Of a stretch of DNA of 64,000 bases, positions 45,116-54,761 are shown piece by piece. Position numbers and translations under genes: made by a program. Within the stretch, counting starts at the first letter, position 1. The number at the start of each line of letters is the position of its first letter. Source of the DNA: Candidatus Moraniibacteriota bacterium (lineage in GTDB: Bacteria; Patescibacteriota; Minisyncoccia; Moranbacterales; GCA-2747515). Where the stretch lies: assembly GCA_942490825.1 (NCBI GenBank), contig CALNYG010000004.1, positions 52,888 through 116,887 of the forward strand. Reading direction: 5' to 3'. A model generated the notes under the pieces. That model saw only the letters and a list, made by a program, of their open reading frames with translations, was not told where the DNA came from and did no database searches.

Positions 45116-48097
45116 TTAGCTCTGCAAAATCCTCAACAACTCTACATATTCCTTCGTCCGCTGATCAACTTTAATATCCCTTTCTAAAAAATCCCCAGAA
45201 AGAATATCCTTCGCAAATAAATTAATTTCACCCTTCAAAATATCCACATCATCCTGCGTAACCTCAATAATTTCCTGCTCATACTCCCCACTCTTTTTAC
45301 TTCGCTCCACAAAATCCAAAACACCACAATTCATTTTATATTTACCATCCTGATAACTATCCAATAACAATTTATAAAAAACAACCTGACGCTTTAACGA
45401 CTCTTTCTCGCTTTTACTTTTTTCACTCCACGACTTTCCCGTCTTATAATCAATAACTCGAACGCCATCATTTTCTTCAAATTCAATTTTATCAATATTA
45501 CCCGTTAAAAAAATTTCCTCTCCGGAATCCAATTTAAAAGGGATCTCTTTAATGGACTTTTCAGTTTCTACATTCAAAACAAAATCCTGAGAATAATTAT
45601 CATAATAATCAATTAAGTTTTTTTCACCTTGCGTCAAAATTGAATCATAATCTTCCTTGGGAATGTAAGCCGCTTCCACTGACTCATGAAAAATATTAAT
45701 CAAATCTTCCTTTGATAAAAATTCTTTTTTCTTAGCTGATTGAGAAAAATATTGTTCCAAAGAACCATGAACAACATTTCCATAAATAAGCGGTTTCCTC
45801 TGAACACTTGGCAAACAAACTATTTTTCTAAAAAAATAAAGTAAAGATGAATCAAAGTAATTATTTAAAGCACTAACTGACAATGGCGTATTTAAAAACT
45901 TTTCACGAATATAATCAATTTTTTTGAAAGATTTTACATTACTAATTCTCTGCACAAAACTAACATCAACCTTTTCTTCTTCGGGTTTTAATTTAATAGA
46001 TTGATTGTCAATTATATTTTCATCCAATTCAGAAATAAAAAGCGAAGGAGATTTCTCCCGACCGTTCAAATCAAACCCAGAATAAGTAATTGTAATATTT
46101 TTCTTTGCTCGAGTTAATGCCACATAAAAAAGTCGTCGTTCATCCTCAACATCTCCCTGCACCGAATTAACTGGCAATTGAAAAGAAGAACGTTTCCGTT
46201 TTCCGCCCCATAATCCATGAACTGCGTTTGTAATATAAACATCATCAAATTCTAAACCTTTTGAACTATGTGCTGACATTAAATTAACACCACTTACTTC
46301 CAACGGAACTGTAGTTTCCAAAGATAAATTATAAGTAGCACTCAAATCTAAATAATCAATAAAGTCTTCCAAGGAATAATCATTATCATTTCCAACTTGA
46401 GACTTAACTTCACCAAAAATTCTTTCCAATTTAGCTATCAAAAAAACATGGTCTTTTTTATCTAGAATATGTTTTAAAAAGTTACTTTCTCTTACTGAAT
46501 TTTCAAAAAATTCCATAAAAGAAATATTCTCACTTTTTTCTTTTTGTTTTAATAAGAAATTTGAAAAATTGATCAAACTTTCCAAATCTTTAAAATTCTT
46601 TTTTTTCAATAATTCTTTGTTAGAAATTAAATCAAACAATACAGTCTTTCTCGAAGAATGATTAAATAAATCTAAAAGTAAAATTGCATCGCTACTATTT
46701 AAATTCAAAAAATCAAAAAAGATAACTTTTCCTAACACTTCCGAATTTCGCGGATTATAAATCGCTCTAATTAATAATAAAAGTTTTTTAATTTCTTTAT
46801 CTTCCAAAACATTCAATTTTGAAGCAACAATAAAAGGTATTTGCATTTTTTCAAAAACTTCTTGAACAAATGGTAAATTATTATGCTCACGATACATCAC
46901 CGCAATATCAGAAGGTTCAGTTCCCTTCTCAATTTTTTTCAAAATATCTTGAGCAATAAAAATTAATTCATCTTTATACGTCGGCAATTCTCGCACTCGA
47001 TTTTCTGTATTTTTTAAATCAAAAAAAGCCGTCAATTTTTTATGATCATCACCATTTTCACTTTTTTCAATTAAGCTCTGGGAAATATCCAAAATAGCTT
47101 GCGTACTCCGATAATTATCAATCAAGTTAATTATTTTAACATTTGCAAACTTATTTTTAAAATGAAGAAAATTTTCAACATTTGCCCCTTGAAAACGATA
47201 GATTGCCTGCTTGTCGTCTCCCACTGTAAAAAGATTTGGCGTATCAATTAAATCAATCAAAGCCGAAATAATTCGATTCTGCCCCTCATTCGTGTCTTGG
47301 TGTTCATCCACTAAAATATATTGATATTGTTCCTGCAAAATTGATAAAAGTTCATCATTATTTTCCATAGCTTCCACCACAGATAAAATCATATCAGAAT
47401 AATCATATAATTTTCCCTCTTTCATTTTTTCCTGATATTCTGCATAAACAACTTGCAATTCCAAATTTTTCTCAATCGGTTTTAAAACTTGTGGCTTCAG
47501 GTCTCCTTTTTTAAATTTTTTCGTCGCTCGTTTATAATAAGAATCTTCATCGGCAATAATATTTTTTTTCTGCTCGTCTATTTTTTTAATGAAAATTTCT
47601 GGATTTATTCCTTCTCGCTTTAATTCATCGATTGCTCCACGAATTCCCCGAACGTAATGCGATTCACTAGCAAAAGTTTTTAAATGTGAAAAATCATTTT
47701 CTCTTAAAATTTCTTCGATAATTTGTAAGCATTCAACATCAGTCGCCACTGAGGAATAGGCTAAATCTGGAAAATAATCGGGATAATTTTTAATTTGTTC
47801 CTCGGCAAAACTGTGGAATGTAAAGATATTTACTCGATAAGCTAATTCACTTCCGATAAATTCGGCAAGTCTTTTTTTCATGGCGTGAACTCCGGCATTG
47901 GTAAAAGTTAAAGCTAAAATGTTTTCTGGCTCGATTTCTGGTTCGGCTTTTTTTAGGATGTTGGCAATGCGTAAAGTTAGAATTTGGGTTTTTCCTGTTC
48001 CGGGACCTGCTACTACAACTACTGGACCTTCGATGGTATCGACTGCTTCTTTTTGTGCAGGATTTAGCATGTCATATTTTTCTTGAAATTCATTCAT
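45116..48097 (-). CDS. UvrD/PcrA-type helicase fused to a C-terminal PD-(D/E)xK nuclease
   Basis: AGPGTGKTQ Walker A and VDEHQDTN. The C-terminus has GNIDKIEF..VIDYKTGK and RQVVFYKLL (RecB-nuclease-like). Confidence 0.85.
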   Translation of the reverse strand: MNEFQEKYDMLNPAQKEAVDTIEGPVVVVAGPGTGKTQILTLRIANILKKAEPEIEPENILALTFTNAGVHAMKKRLAEFIGSELAYRVNIFTFHSFAEEQIKNYPDYFPDLAYSSVATDVECLQIIEEILRENDFSHLKTFASESHYVRGIRGAIDELKREGINPEIFIKKIDEQKKNIIADEDSYYKRATKKFKKGDLKPQVLKPIEKNLELQVVYAEYQEKMKEGKLYDYSDMILSVVEAMENNDELLSILQEQYQYILVDEHQDTNEGQNRIISALIDLIDTPNLFTVGDDKQAIYRFQGANVENFLHFKNKFANVKIINLIDNYRSTQAILDISQSLIEKSENGDDHKKLTAFFDLKNTENRVRELPTYKDELIFIAQDILKKIEKGTEPSDIAVMYREHNNLPFVQEVFEKMQIPFIVASKLNVLEDKEIKKLLLLIRAIYNPRNSEVLGKVIFFDFLNLNSSDAILLLDLFNHSSRKTVLFDLISNKELLKKKNFKDLESLINFSNFLLKQKEKSENISFMEFFENSVRESNFLKHILDKKDHVFLIAKLERIFGEVKSQVGNDNDYSLEDFIDYLDLSATYNLSLETTVPLEVSGVNLMSAHSSKGLEFDDVYITNAVHGLWGGKRKRSSFQLPVNSVQGDVEDERRLFYVALTRAKKNITITYSGFDLNGREKSPSLFISELDENIIDNQSIKLKPEEEKVDVSFVQRISNVKSFKKIDYIREKFLNTPLSVSALNNYFDSSLLYFFRKIVCLPSVQRKPLIYGNVVHGSLEQYFSQSAKKKEFLSKEDLINIFHESVEAAYIPKEDYDSILTQGEKNLIDYYDNYSQDFVLNVETEKSIKEIPFKLDSGEEIFLTGNIDKIEFEENDGVRVIDYKTGKSWSEKSKSEKESLKRQVVFYKLLLDSYQDGKYKMNCGVLDFVERSKKSGEYEQEIIEVTQDDVDILKGEINLFAKDILSGDFLERDIKVDQRTKEYVELLRILQS

Positions 48098-48149
48098 AAT
48101 TTGTTTTTTTAAAATTTGATTTCTTTTTTTATTTTACCATAGAAAAAAA

Positions 48150-48166
48150 GTGCTCGCCGCACGGGC
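48150..48166 (-). repeat. GC-rich 17-mer
   Basis: Exact copy, 52 nt upstream of the helicase start. Confidence 0.9.
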
Positions 48167-48175
48167 TTTTTGGGG

Positions 48176-48204
48176 TTGACATAGTTTTGTTTATGGTGTA
48201 TACT
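48176..48204 (+). promoter_or_regulatory. near-consensus sigma70-type promoter
   Basis: TTGACA, a 17-nt spacer, then TATACT. About 120 nt of leader precede the GTG at 48327. Confidence 0.6.
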
Positions 48205-48515
48205 TATGAATCAGTCGTTGAGAAGTTAGTTTAATTCTTGCGATTGCATTGTGAAAGTTTGTTGTTCTTGTTGTTCTTTGGGTAAAACATTTCCCGTAAA
48301 TCAATTTTATCAAAAAAGGAGAAAAAGTGTCTGTAAAAAATAAAACCATTATTTTTACCACTCTTCTAGTTATCTTCATCAAACCTGCACTGAGACCCTT
48401 CACAAAATTGTGTCTGATAGTAAAATTAAATTAATAAATTTAATAATAAAATCATGTCAGACAAGAAAAATAGAACCGAAGAATTATTAGAAAAAAACAT
48501 AAAAAACTGGTATTG

Positions 48516-48959
48516 CTACTCAAATATAGAAATAGCAATTTCTCTGTGCATGAATAGCAAGATTGTATATTCAACCATTTCAATACTTTTAGAATAACAA
48601 TGAGTTTTCCTATGAAATCTTGCTATATAATGTCTTAATTGATTATTCATTTCTTCAACTGTAAAAGTCTCTGCTTTTGTTTGAATGTGCTTATCTTTTG
48701 GTAAAAATTTTTTATAAACATCCCAATGATCTGAACAGTATTTATCGCAATCAATTTTTTGATTTTGTCCCATAATTTTCTTCCAGTTTTTTCACCTCTT
48801 GTCCCTATCACGAAATCAATTATTATTTTACTAGATCTATCAACTGCAAGCCAAATCCAGTGCTTTTTTCTTTTTTAACACAAAAATGCCACATTTCATC
48901 TAATTCCATTTTTTCTATTTTCCAATATTTTACTTCTTTTTTACTTTTTAAAATATTCC
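48516..48959 (-). pseudogene. insB: IS1 InsB-like DDE region with extra frameshifts (copy A)
   Basis: DEMWHF, ..WIWLAVD.. and ..CDKYCSDHWDVYKKF..RKTHCYSKS lie in three different frames. Confidence 0.7.
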
Positions 48960-49214
48960 TTAATTTTTTAGTTGCTTTTTTACCCATCTTAATATACTAA
49001 CGTTACTAACTTTCAGTATTCTTCCTATTGATCTAAATCCTAGTCCCTCTAAATACATTTCAATTGCTTTTTTCTTAATTTCTTTAGGTTTTCCTCTTTT
49101 TGTAAATCTAGAAAAGTTATAGCTACATTCTTTACATAGATATCTTTGTTTTTTATTTACTTTACCATTTTTAACATAATTCTTATTATTGCAATGAGGG
49201 CATTTAATTTTCAT
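48960..49214 (-). CDS. insA: IS1 InsA-like Zn-finger/HTH protein
   Basis: CPHCNNKNYVKNGKVNKKQRYLCKEC plus the helix-turn-helix GFRSIGRILKVSNVSILRW. It ends just after an A AAA AAG heptamer. Confidence 0.75.
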   Translation of the reverse strand: MKIKCPHCNNKNYVKNGKVNKKQRYLCKECSYNFSRFTKRGKPKEIKKKAIEMYLEGLGFRSIGRILKVSNVSILRWVKKQLKN

Positions 49215-50710
49215 TTTTTTGTTTTTAGGTATTTAATTACCTATTCATTTTACATTATCTATAGTTTGGTAGCAATACCAAAAAACTTAAGAGAAAATCT
49301 AGATGATTTATCCATGGATAAATTCATAGGAAAAACAATAGAAACCTTAATGCTAATAGAAAGAGATGAGTATTTAGAAGATATTAATAAAACTAAAAAA
49401 GATAAAGGAAATGGATCATACGGAAGAGCTATGAATTCATTATCAAAAAACTCATTACTTGTTCATATTCCAAGAACTAGAACAGGATTATTCTCTCCAG
49501 CAACACTAGAACTTTTAAAAATTAACAGAGAAAAAGTAGATGAAATAGCTTTATCTTTATATAAAAAAGGAATGACTTCCAATGACATTAATGAATTTTT
49601 AAATGAAATTTTTGAAGAAAACATGTCTCCTGCTAAGATATCTAATTTAGCAAAAGTATTTAATAAATTTAGAATAGCTTGGCAAAATTCCAAATTAGAA
49701 AAACATTACAAAGTTGTTTATGGAGATGTAATTTTCATTACTGTGCGAAGAGGTGATGAATACGCTAAGGAAGGTGTATTTATTGCTTTTGGAGTAAGAG
49801 AAGATAATAGACGAGAATTGCTTTGTTTAAGTCAAAATCCAACCGAATCAGCAGAATTTTGGAAAGAATTATTGCAAGATTTAAGAGAAGAAAGAGGTGT
49901 TCAACAAATAGATTTATTTGTAGCTGATGGATTAAAAAATTTAGAAAATGTATTTTTAGAAATATATCCCCAAGGAGAATTTCAAAAGTGCGTAGTTCAT
50001 AAACAAAGAAATATTTTAAACAAAACAAGACCGAAAGATAAAAAAGAAATAGGAGAAGATTTAAAAGAAATATTTAATAATTTTGAAGAAAATGATACAA
50101 TTGAAAAAGCCTTGAAAAAAGTAAATAATTTTTTAGAAAAATGGAAAACAAAATATCCAAATTTTAAAAATCATTTTACAGAAATTGAATATTATTTTAC
50201 ATATATTAAATTCAATCCTCGAGTAAGAAGAATGATTTATACAACTAATTCAATTGAAAATTTGAATAGGCAAATTAGAAAAACTACAAAGAATAAATTA
50301 TCATTTGAATCTCCCGAAAGATTATTGGACTATGTATTTATGGTTATTAAGGAGTTTGAAGAAAAAAATTATATGAAATATCCTGTTTCTAATTTTAAAT
50401 ATTTTAATAAAATTAAGAAAGGTTAAATGGGCGATGGACACACTTTGTTGAAGGGTCCCCCTGCACTCGCAGATGAAAGGATCGAGGTGCCCAATGAAGA
50501 TCTTGCATCTACTATCAGCGATGTCTTAAATACTGCGCAGGGTAATACTGGAGTGGTTACAGTCAATTATGCGTATGGAGATGGAGAATCTGAAACTTCT
50601 GTCATACGGATAAAACCAACCATCAGGGGAACGGCTGTGAGTGTCACACCAAGTAGTTCCACACTAACTCCTAGCCTAGATGATTGATTAACAACTCGTC
50701 ACATTGTGGC

Positions 50711-50755
50711 AAAAAAGGCATTCCAGCAGAACTATATTGTTGGAACGCCTTTTTT
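50711..50755 (+). terminator. intrinsic terminator after the split secreted-protein gene
   Basis: aaaaaaggcattccag..ttggaacgccttttttaa. Confidence 0.55.
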
Positions 50756-50810
50756 AATTCTCAAAAAAATTTCAAAAAACTTCTTTATTAAATTCTACCT
50801 CAAACCACTT

Positions 50811-50931
50811 TGCAGGATCGGGTTTTATAACCCGATCCACACGTTTTTGAATAAGTCTTGCAAAAAAAATTAAACACAACACCAAACCGAAACAAAAACG
50901 TTTAAAACCAGTTGTAAAACTGGTTCCTGCA
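50811..50931. repeat. family B hairpin element, locus 2
   Basis: tgcaggatcgggttttataacccgatcc, a ~60-nt spacer, then ccagttgtaaaactggttcctgca in inverted orientation. Confidence 0.7.
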
Positions 50932-50945
50932 TATTATTTTATAAA

Positions 50946-51203
50946 TCACTTCACATCCTCACTTTTCTTTTCATCAGCCTTTCTCTTCCCCAAAAACCCC
51001 TTCACATCAATCCCAAAATAACCCAAAGACGAAATCAAAAGAGCAGTTGCTCCCGCCTCATCCAAATTCCCCACAAAAGGTAAATTATCCGGCAAAAATT
51101 CAAATAAACCCGCTGTAGGATTAATCAAATAAACAACACAAATAAATCCCAAAATCGCCACAGAAAAACTTTTCATAAATTTATAATTAAAATTACTTAG
51201 CAC
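50946..51203 (-). CDS. DUF1232/YkvA-like small membrane protein
   Basis: FEFLPDNLPFVGNLDEAGATALLI. The start may be the internal Met at 51176. Confidence 0.6.
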   Translation of the reverse strand: MLSNFNYKFMKSFSVAILGFICVVYLINPTAGLFEFLPDNLPFVGNLDEAGATALLISSLGYFGIDVKGFLGKRKADEKKSEDVK

Positions 51204-51272
51204 TTTTATGATAACATAAAAATTAATTAAGTCGCCACCTTAAAAAAAATATTTTTAAAAAACTCTCCTATT

Positions 51273-51461
51273 ATGTCATTCCGGAAGACATAATTTGTTC
51301 AAGAGCGTAGCGATTGAATACAAATTAGTCTATCCGGAATCTGCACCTTAAGATTGAAGAAAACTCAGAGTACAAGATTCCAGATAAATTATTTTCTAGT
51401 TTTGAAACGCGATAAATCGACGTTTCTACAAAGGAAAATATATTTTCCGGAATGACACATG
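51273..51461. repeat. family A nested-hairpin element, copy A7 (long form)
   Basis: atgtcat-[tccggaagacataatttgt..agcgtagcg..acaaattagtctatccgga]-atc ... [ggaaaatatattttccgga]-atgacacatg. Confidence 0.75.
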
Positions 51462-51509
51462 TCTGGGGATTTTTTATTTTGCGAGAATTGAAGTTCTATA
51501 GTCTTGAAA

Positions 51510-51526
51510 GCCCGTGCGGCGAGCAC
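51510..51526 (+). repeat. GC-rich 17-mer
   Basis: Exact copy, 43 nt before the priA ATG. Confidence 0.9.
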
Positions 51527-51569
51527 AAAAAATATATCAATAAATAAATAAATCTGCTACAATAAATCC

Positions 51570-53552
51570 ATGCAACAAGAACCCCAAAAATACCTAATTT
51601 CACTAATACCACTAACCAGAATCTCTCTAACCAGAGATCCATTTTTTTATTACCTTTCAGAAAGTCCGATACCAACAGGATCATTGTGTGAAGCACCTTT
51701 TGGTCGTAGAAAAATAAAAGGAATAGTATTAGAAAGTAAAACAGATTTTCAAAGAGCTGGCGGAATGAGATTAAAAAAAATTAGCAAAATTTTAAATGAA
51801 AAATTTTTAACCGAAGAACAATTGCGACTAGCACAATTTATTTCAGAATATTATCTATGCCCTCTGGGAATTGTTTTAAAACACTTTATACCTACTCAAG
51901 CCAAATCCAGAAAAAAAGAAATAGAATCTGAACAATTATTCACAAAAATACAAAAAACCAATCTATCAAATCAAGAAAATATCGATAAAATTATCGATTC
52001 ACAAAACACTTCTAAATCATTTGTTCTACAAGTTGAACCAAATTCTGACAAAGAAAATTTTGTTTTAAATTTAATTAATGATTTTGCAAATAAAAAAGAA
52101 GATGAACAAATCTTATATCTATTTCCCGAAGTTTCCCAAACGCTAAAAATAGAACAAGACTTACTCAATCACTTTCCAAAAGAAAATGTAGCCTTACTTC
52201 ACAGTAAAATAACCAAAGGAAAATTCTTTGAAAATTGGGAAAAAATTAGAAGTGGTCAAGCTAAAATAATTATTGGAACACGAACAGCTGTTTTTGCACC
52301 ATTTAAAAATTTATCTTTAATAATCACTGATAATCACACTGACATTTCTTACAAGCAATGGGATATGAATCCTCGATATAACGCTCGCACTCTAGTTTAT
52401 AAATTAAGCGAATTATTCAATTGTCCCAATTTAAATATTTCTACCTTTCCTCGAACTTCTGATTATCATCACTCAATTAAAAATACAGATGGTTTAACTT
52501 TTTTAACTTTAAAAAATAAAAGTAGATCTCCGATAAAAATACATATCATCGACATGAAAAAAGAACGTTGGAATAAACGTTATTCTCCCATATCTCAAGA
52601 TCTCGAATTTAAATTACGCAACGTTTTAAATAAAAAACAACAGTCCCTACTATTTATAAATCGACAAGGATTGTCATCTTTTTCAATTTGTTTAAAATGC
52701 AAGTTACCTTTAAAATGTCCACAATGTCAAAGAGCTTTGGTTGCAAAGAAAGATAAAGCTTTTCATTGTTTACACTGTAATTATTCAACTGAGAAATCTC
52801 CAAAATGTAAAAATTGTTCATCAACAAAATTTAAAAATATTGGAATTGGCACAGAAAAAATTGAATATATTTTACAAAAAACTTTTCCCAAAGCTAGAAT
52901 CGCACGAGTAGATCAATCAATTGCTAAAAAATTTAGCGAAATAAAAAAAATTCATACTCGTTTTTCTCAAGGAAAAATTGATATTTTAATCGGAACTCAA
53001 ATGATAATGGAAGGTTGGAATAGTCCGAATCTAAAACTCACCTCAATTCTTGATATGGATAATTTAACTAGTCTGCCTGAATACGACGCTCAGGAAAAAT
53101 CTGTAAATTTTCTACTAAATCTTTATAATAAAGTCGCGAAAAATAATGGCGAAATACTAATTCAAACATTTAACGAATTCAATCCAATCTTCGAAGCTGT
53201 TAAAAAATCAGATGTAAAAGAAATATACACCGATGAATTAGAGAATAGAAAAGCACTTTCCTATCCTCCTTTTGCACGATTGATTAAACTTATATATCGA
53301 TCTTCAAATCAAGAAGAAAATAAAAATATAACTCAAAGTTTATACAAAAAAATAAAAGAGACTACTAAAGAAAACAAAAATATAATTATCACTCCCCCAC
53401 ACACCCCTCTTTTAAATAAAATCCGAACTCAATATCGTGAACAAATTATTATCAAATGCAAAAAAAATGATCTCCCTAAAGAATTAAAAAGTGAGCTAAA
53501 AAAACTAGATCACAAATGGATTATAGACATTGATCCTATCAATTTAACTTAA
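51570..53552 (+). CDS. priA: PriA-like primosomal protein with degenerate ATPase motifs
   Basis: Colinear with PriA, including the Cys-rich insertion CLKCKLPLKCPQC..CLHCNY..CKNC and ILIGTQMIMEGWN. Walker A, DEEH and motif VI positions are not conserved. Confidence 0.8.
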   Translation: MQQEPQKYLISLIPLTRISLTRDPFFYYLSESPIPTGSLCEAPFGRRKIKGIVLESKTDFQRAGGMRLKKISKILNEKFLTEEQLRLAQFISEYYLCPLGIVLKHFIPTQAKSRKKEIESEQLFTKIQKTNLSNQENIDKIIDSQNTSKSFVLQVEPNSDKENFVLNLINDFANKKEDEQILYLFPEVSQTLKIEQDLLNHFPKENVALLHSKITKGKFFENWEKIRSGQAKIIIGTRTAVFAPFKNLSLIITDNHTDISYKQWDMNPRYNARTLVYKLSELFNCPNLNISTFPRTSDYHHSIKNTDGLTFLTLKNKSRSPIKIHIIDMKKERWNKRYSPISQDLEFKLRNVLNKKQQSLLFINRQGLSSFSICLKCKLPLKCPQCQRALVAKKDKAFHCLHCNYSTEKSPKCKNCSSTKFKNIGIGTEKIEYILQKTFPKARIARVDQSIAKKFSEIKKIHTRFSQGKIDILIGTQMIMEGWNSPNLKLTSILDMDNLTSLPEYDAQEKSVNFLLNLYNKVAKNNGEILIQTFNEFNPIFEAVKKSDVKEIYTDELENRKALSYPPFARLIKLIYRSSNQEENKNITQSLYKKIKETTKENKNIIITPPHTPLLNKIRTQYREQIIIKCKKNDLPKELKSELKKLDHKWIIDIDPINLT

Positions 53553-53587
53553 AAACATTATTCTAATTTTACTTTTAAAAAAATAAA

Positions 53588-53604
53588 GTGCTCGCCGCAC
53601 GGGC
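53588..53604 (-). repeat. GC-rich 17-mer
   Basis: Exact copy, 35 nt after the priA stop. Confidence 0.9.
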
Positions 53605-53673
53605 TTTTAATTTTTTAAATAAAAAATTATTAAACTTTAGTTAGACTTCTCAAAAAAATATTATTCAATAATC

Positions 53674-53705
53674 AAAAAAAGACTTTCTTTAGAAAGTCTT
53701 TTTTA
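53674..53705. terminator. bidirectional intrinsic terminator
   Basis: aaaaagactttc-ttta-gaaagtcttttt. Confidence 0.7.
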
Positions 53706-53730
53706 TTAATATCTCACCACTATCAAAATA

Positions 53731-54669
53731 TTATTCACATCTATAAAGAGCAACCCAACTTTTCAAAGATCCTGAGCTCTTCTCCTTATTATTCCATAGT
53801 AAACAAGTTTGACCAATTCTGCATGAAGAAGTACATTTATCCTCACCTAATTCATCCTCATCAAAATCATCATCTAACTTAGAAGTTTTTTTACAATAAC
53901 TTACAACATTCTTATTTTCACTACACACATCTCTTAACTTAAGTTTTGTAATATCATCATCTTTATAATCATCAATGTCAAAGTATTCCTCATTAGTATA
54001 CATATGAGACCATTCACCTCTACTGCTAGAAGTTGAAGAATTACTTGAAGAAGAGTTTGAGGAAGAACTTGAAGAGGTAGAAGTTGTTGTAGACGTCTCT
54101 TTTTTAATTACAACTTTTAACACACCACTCTTACCCATATCATTACTCAATAAAATAGAAAATGACTTATCTCCGTCACCCCCAGCCGTATTTAAAACAA
54201 TCTCCTTTTTACCGTTTTCATCTATCTTACCAACACTCCATTCATTAACAAAAATTTCAGCGCCCGATTCACCATTAACTTCAACCTTTTCCTCATCTTT
54301 ATCAGTTTTAGAAGGTATGCTTGTTAATGTTGGAGCTTCAGGAGATTTAGGGACATCAGGAGTAACAACAACTTCCTTTTCTTCTTCCTTAGTTTCTCGT
54401 TCAACATTAATTGATGTAGACTCATCACTTTTAGCATCTGAAATATCTTCAGTAGCAACAGTAGTAGCAACCTCTTTTGATGTGCTTGGTGCAACATAAG
54501 GTGTAACCTCCTTTTCAGCTATTACCCCCGCCTGCCTATCATCTTCAAGTACAACATCATCAATATTTTCTGGTTCTTGATTTTTATTTCGAACAAAAAA
54601 GAATATCGAAGCAATTATTGCAAATATTGACACAATAATTAAAATAACTAAAAACCTTGAATCTCGCAT
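53731..54669 (-). CDS. membrane-anchored surface protein with Ser-rich linker and Cys-rich C-terminal domain
   Basis: N-terminal TM helix, a TSTTTSTSSSSSSNSSSSNSSTSSS tract and six C-terminal Cys. Confidence 0.55.
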   Translation of the reverse strand: MRDSRFLVILIIVSIFAIIASIFFFVRNKNQEPENIDDVVLEDDRQAGVIAEKEVTPYVAPSTSKEVATTVATEDISDAKSDESTSINVERETKEEEKEVVVTPDVPKSPEAPTLTSIPSKTDKDEEKVEVNGESGAEIFVNEWSVGKIDENGKKEIVLNTAGGDGDKSFSILLSNDMGKSGVLKVVIKKETSTTTSTSSSSSSNSSSSNSSTSSSRGEWSHMYTNEEYFDIDDYKDDDITKLKLRDVCSENKNVVSYCKKTSKLDDDFDEDELGEDKCTSSCRIGQTCLLWNNKEKSSGSLKSWVALYRCE

Positions 54670-54761
54670 ATTTTTGTTTTTAAAATTTATTTTATATTTA
54701 TACTTATATAATACAACCTTTCAACAAATTCAGCAATAAAAGCGTCCTCTTTAAAGATAGT

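Larger units (their letters stand above)
48509..49279 (-). mobile_element. IS1-family insertion sequence, copy A
   Basis: Ends are ggtattgctac and gtagcaatacc. An 8-bp target-site duplication aaaaaact lies at 48501-48508 and 49280-49287. Length 771 bp. Confidence 0.85.
48454..50426 (+). pseudogene. IS256-family (Mutator-type) transposase interrupted after codon 18 by IS1
   Basis: MSDKKNRTEELLEKNIKN, then IS1, then LRENLDDLSMDKF..ERDEYL..FVADGLKNL..IYTTNSIENLNRQIRK. Confidence 0.8.
48392..50459 (+). mobile_element. IS256-family insertion sequence carrying a nested IS1-family element
   Basis: Inverted repeats are gagacccttcacaaaattgtgtc and gacacactttgttgaagggtccc. An 8-bp target-site duplication cctgcact lies at 48384-48391 and 50460-50467. 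Confidence 0.8.
48327..50687 (+). pseudogene. small secreted protein gene split by the IS256-like element
   Basis: AGGAG followed by GTG at 48327 gives MSVKNKTIIFTTLLVIFIKPAL. This continues in frame after 50467 as ADERIEVPNEDL.. once the IS and one target-site duplication (TSD) copy are removed. Confidence 0.65.

Noticed and set aside
48191-48403. 70-aa minus-strand ORF
   Set aside because: It lies antisense to the promoter, leader and 5' end of the split secreted-protein gene and crosses the IS256 end. It has no start context.
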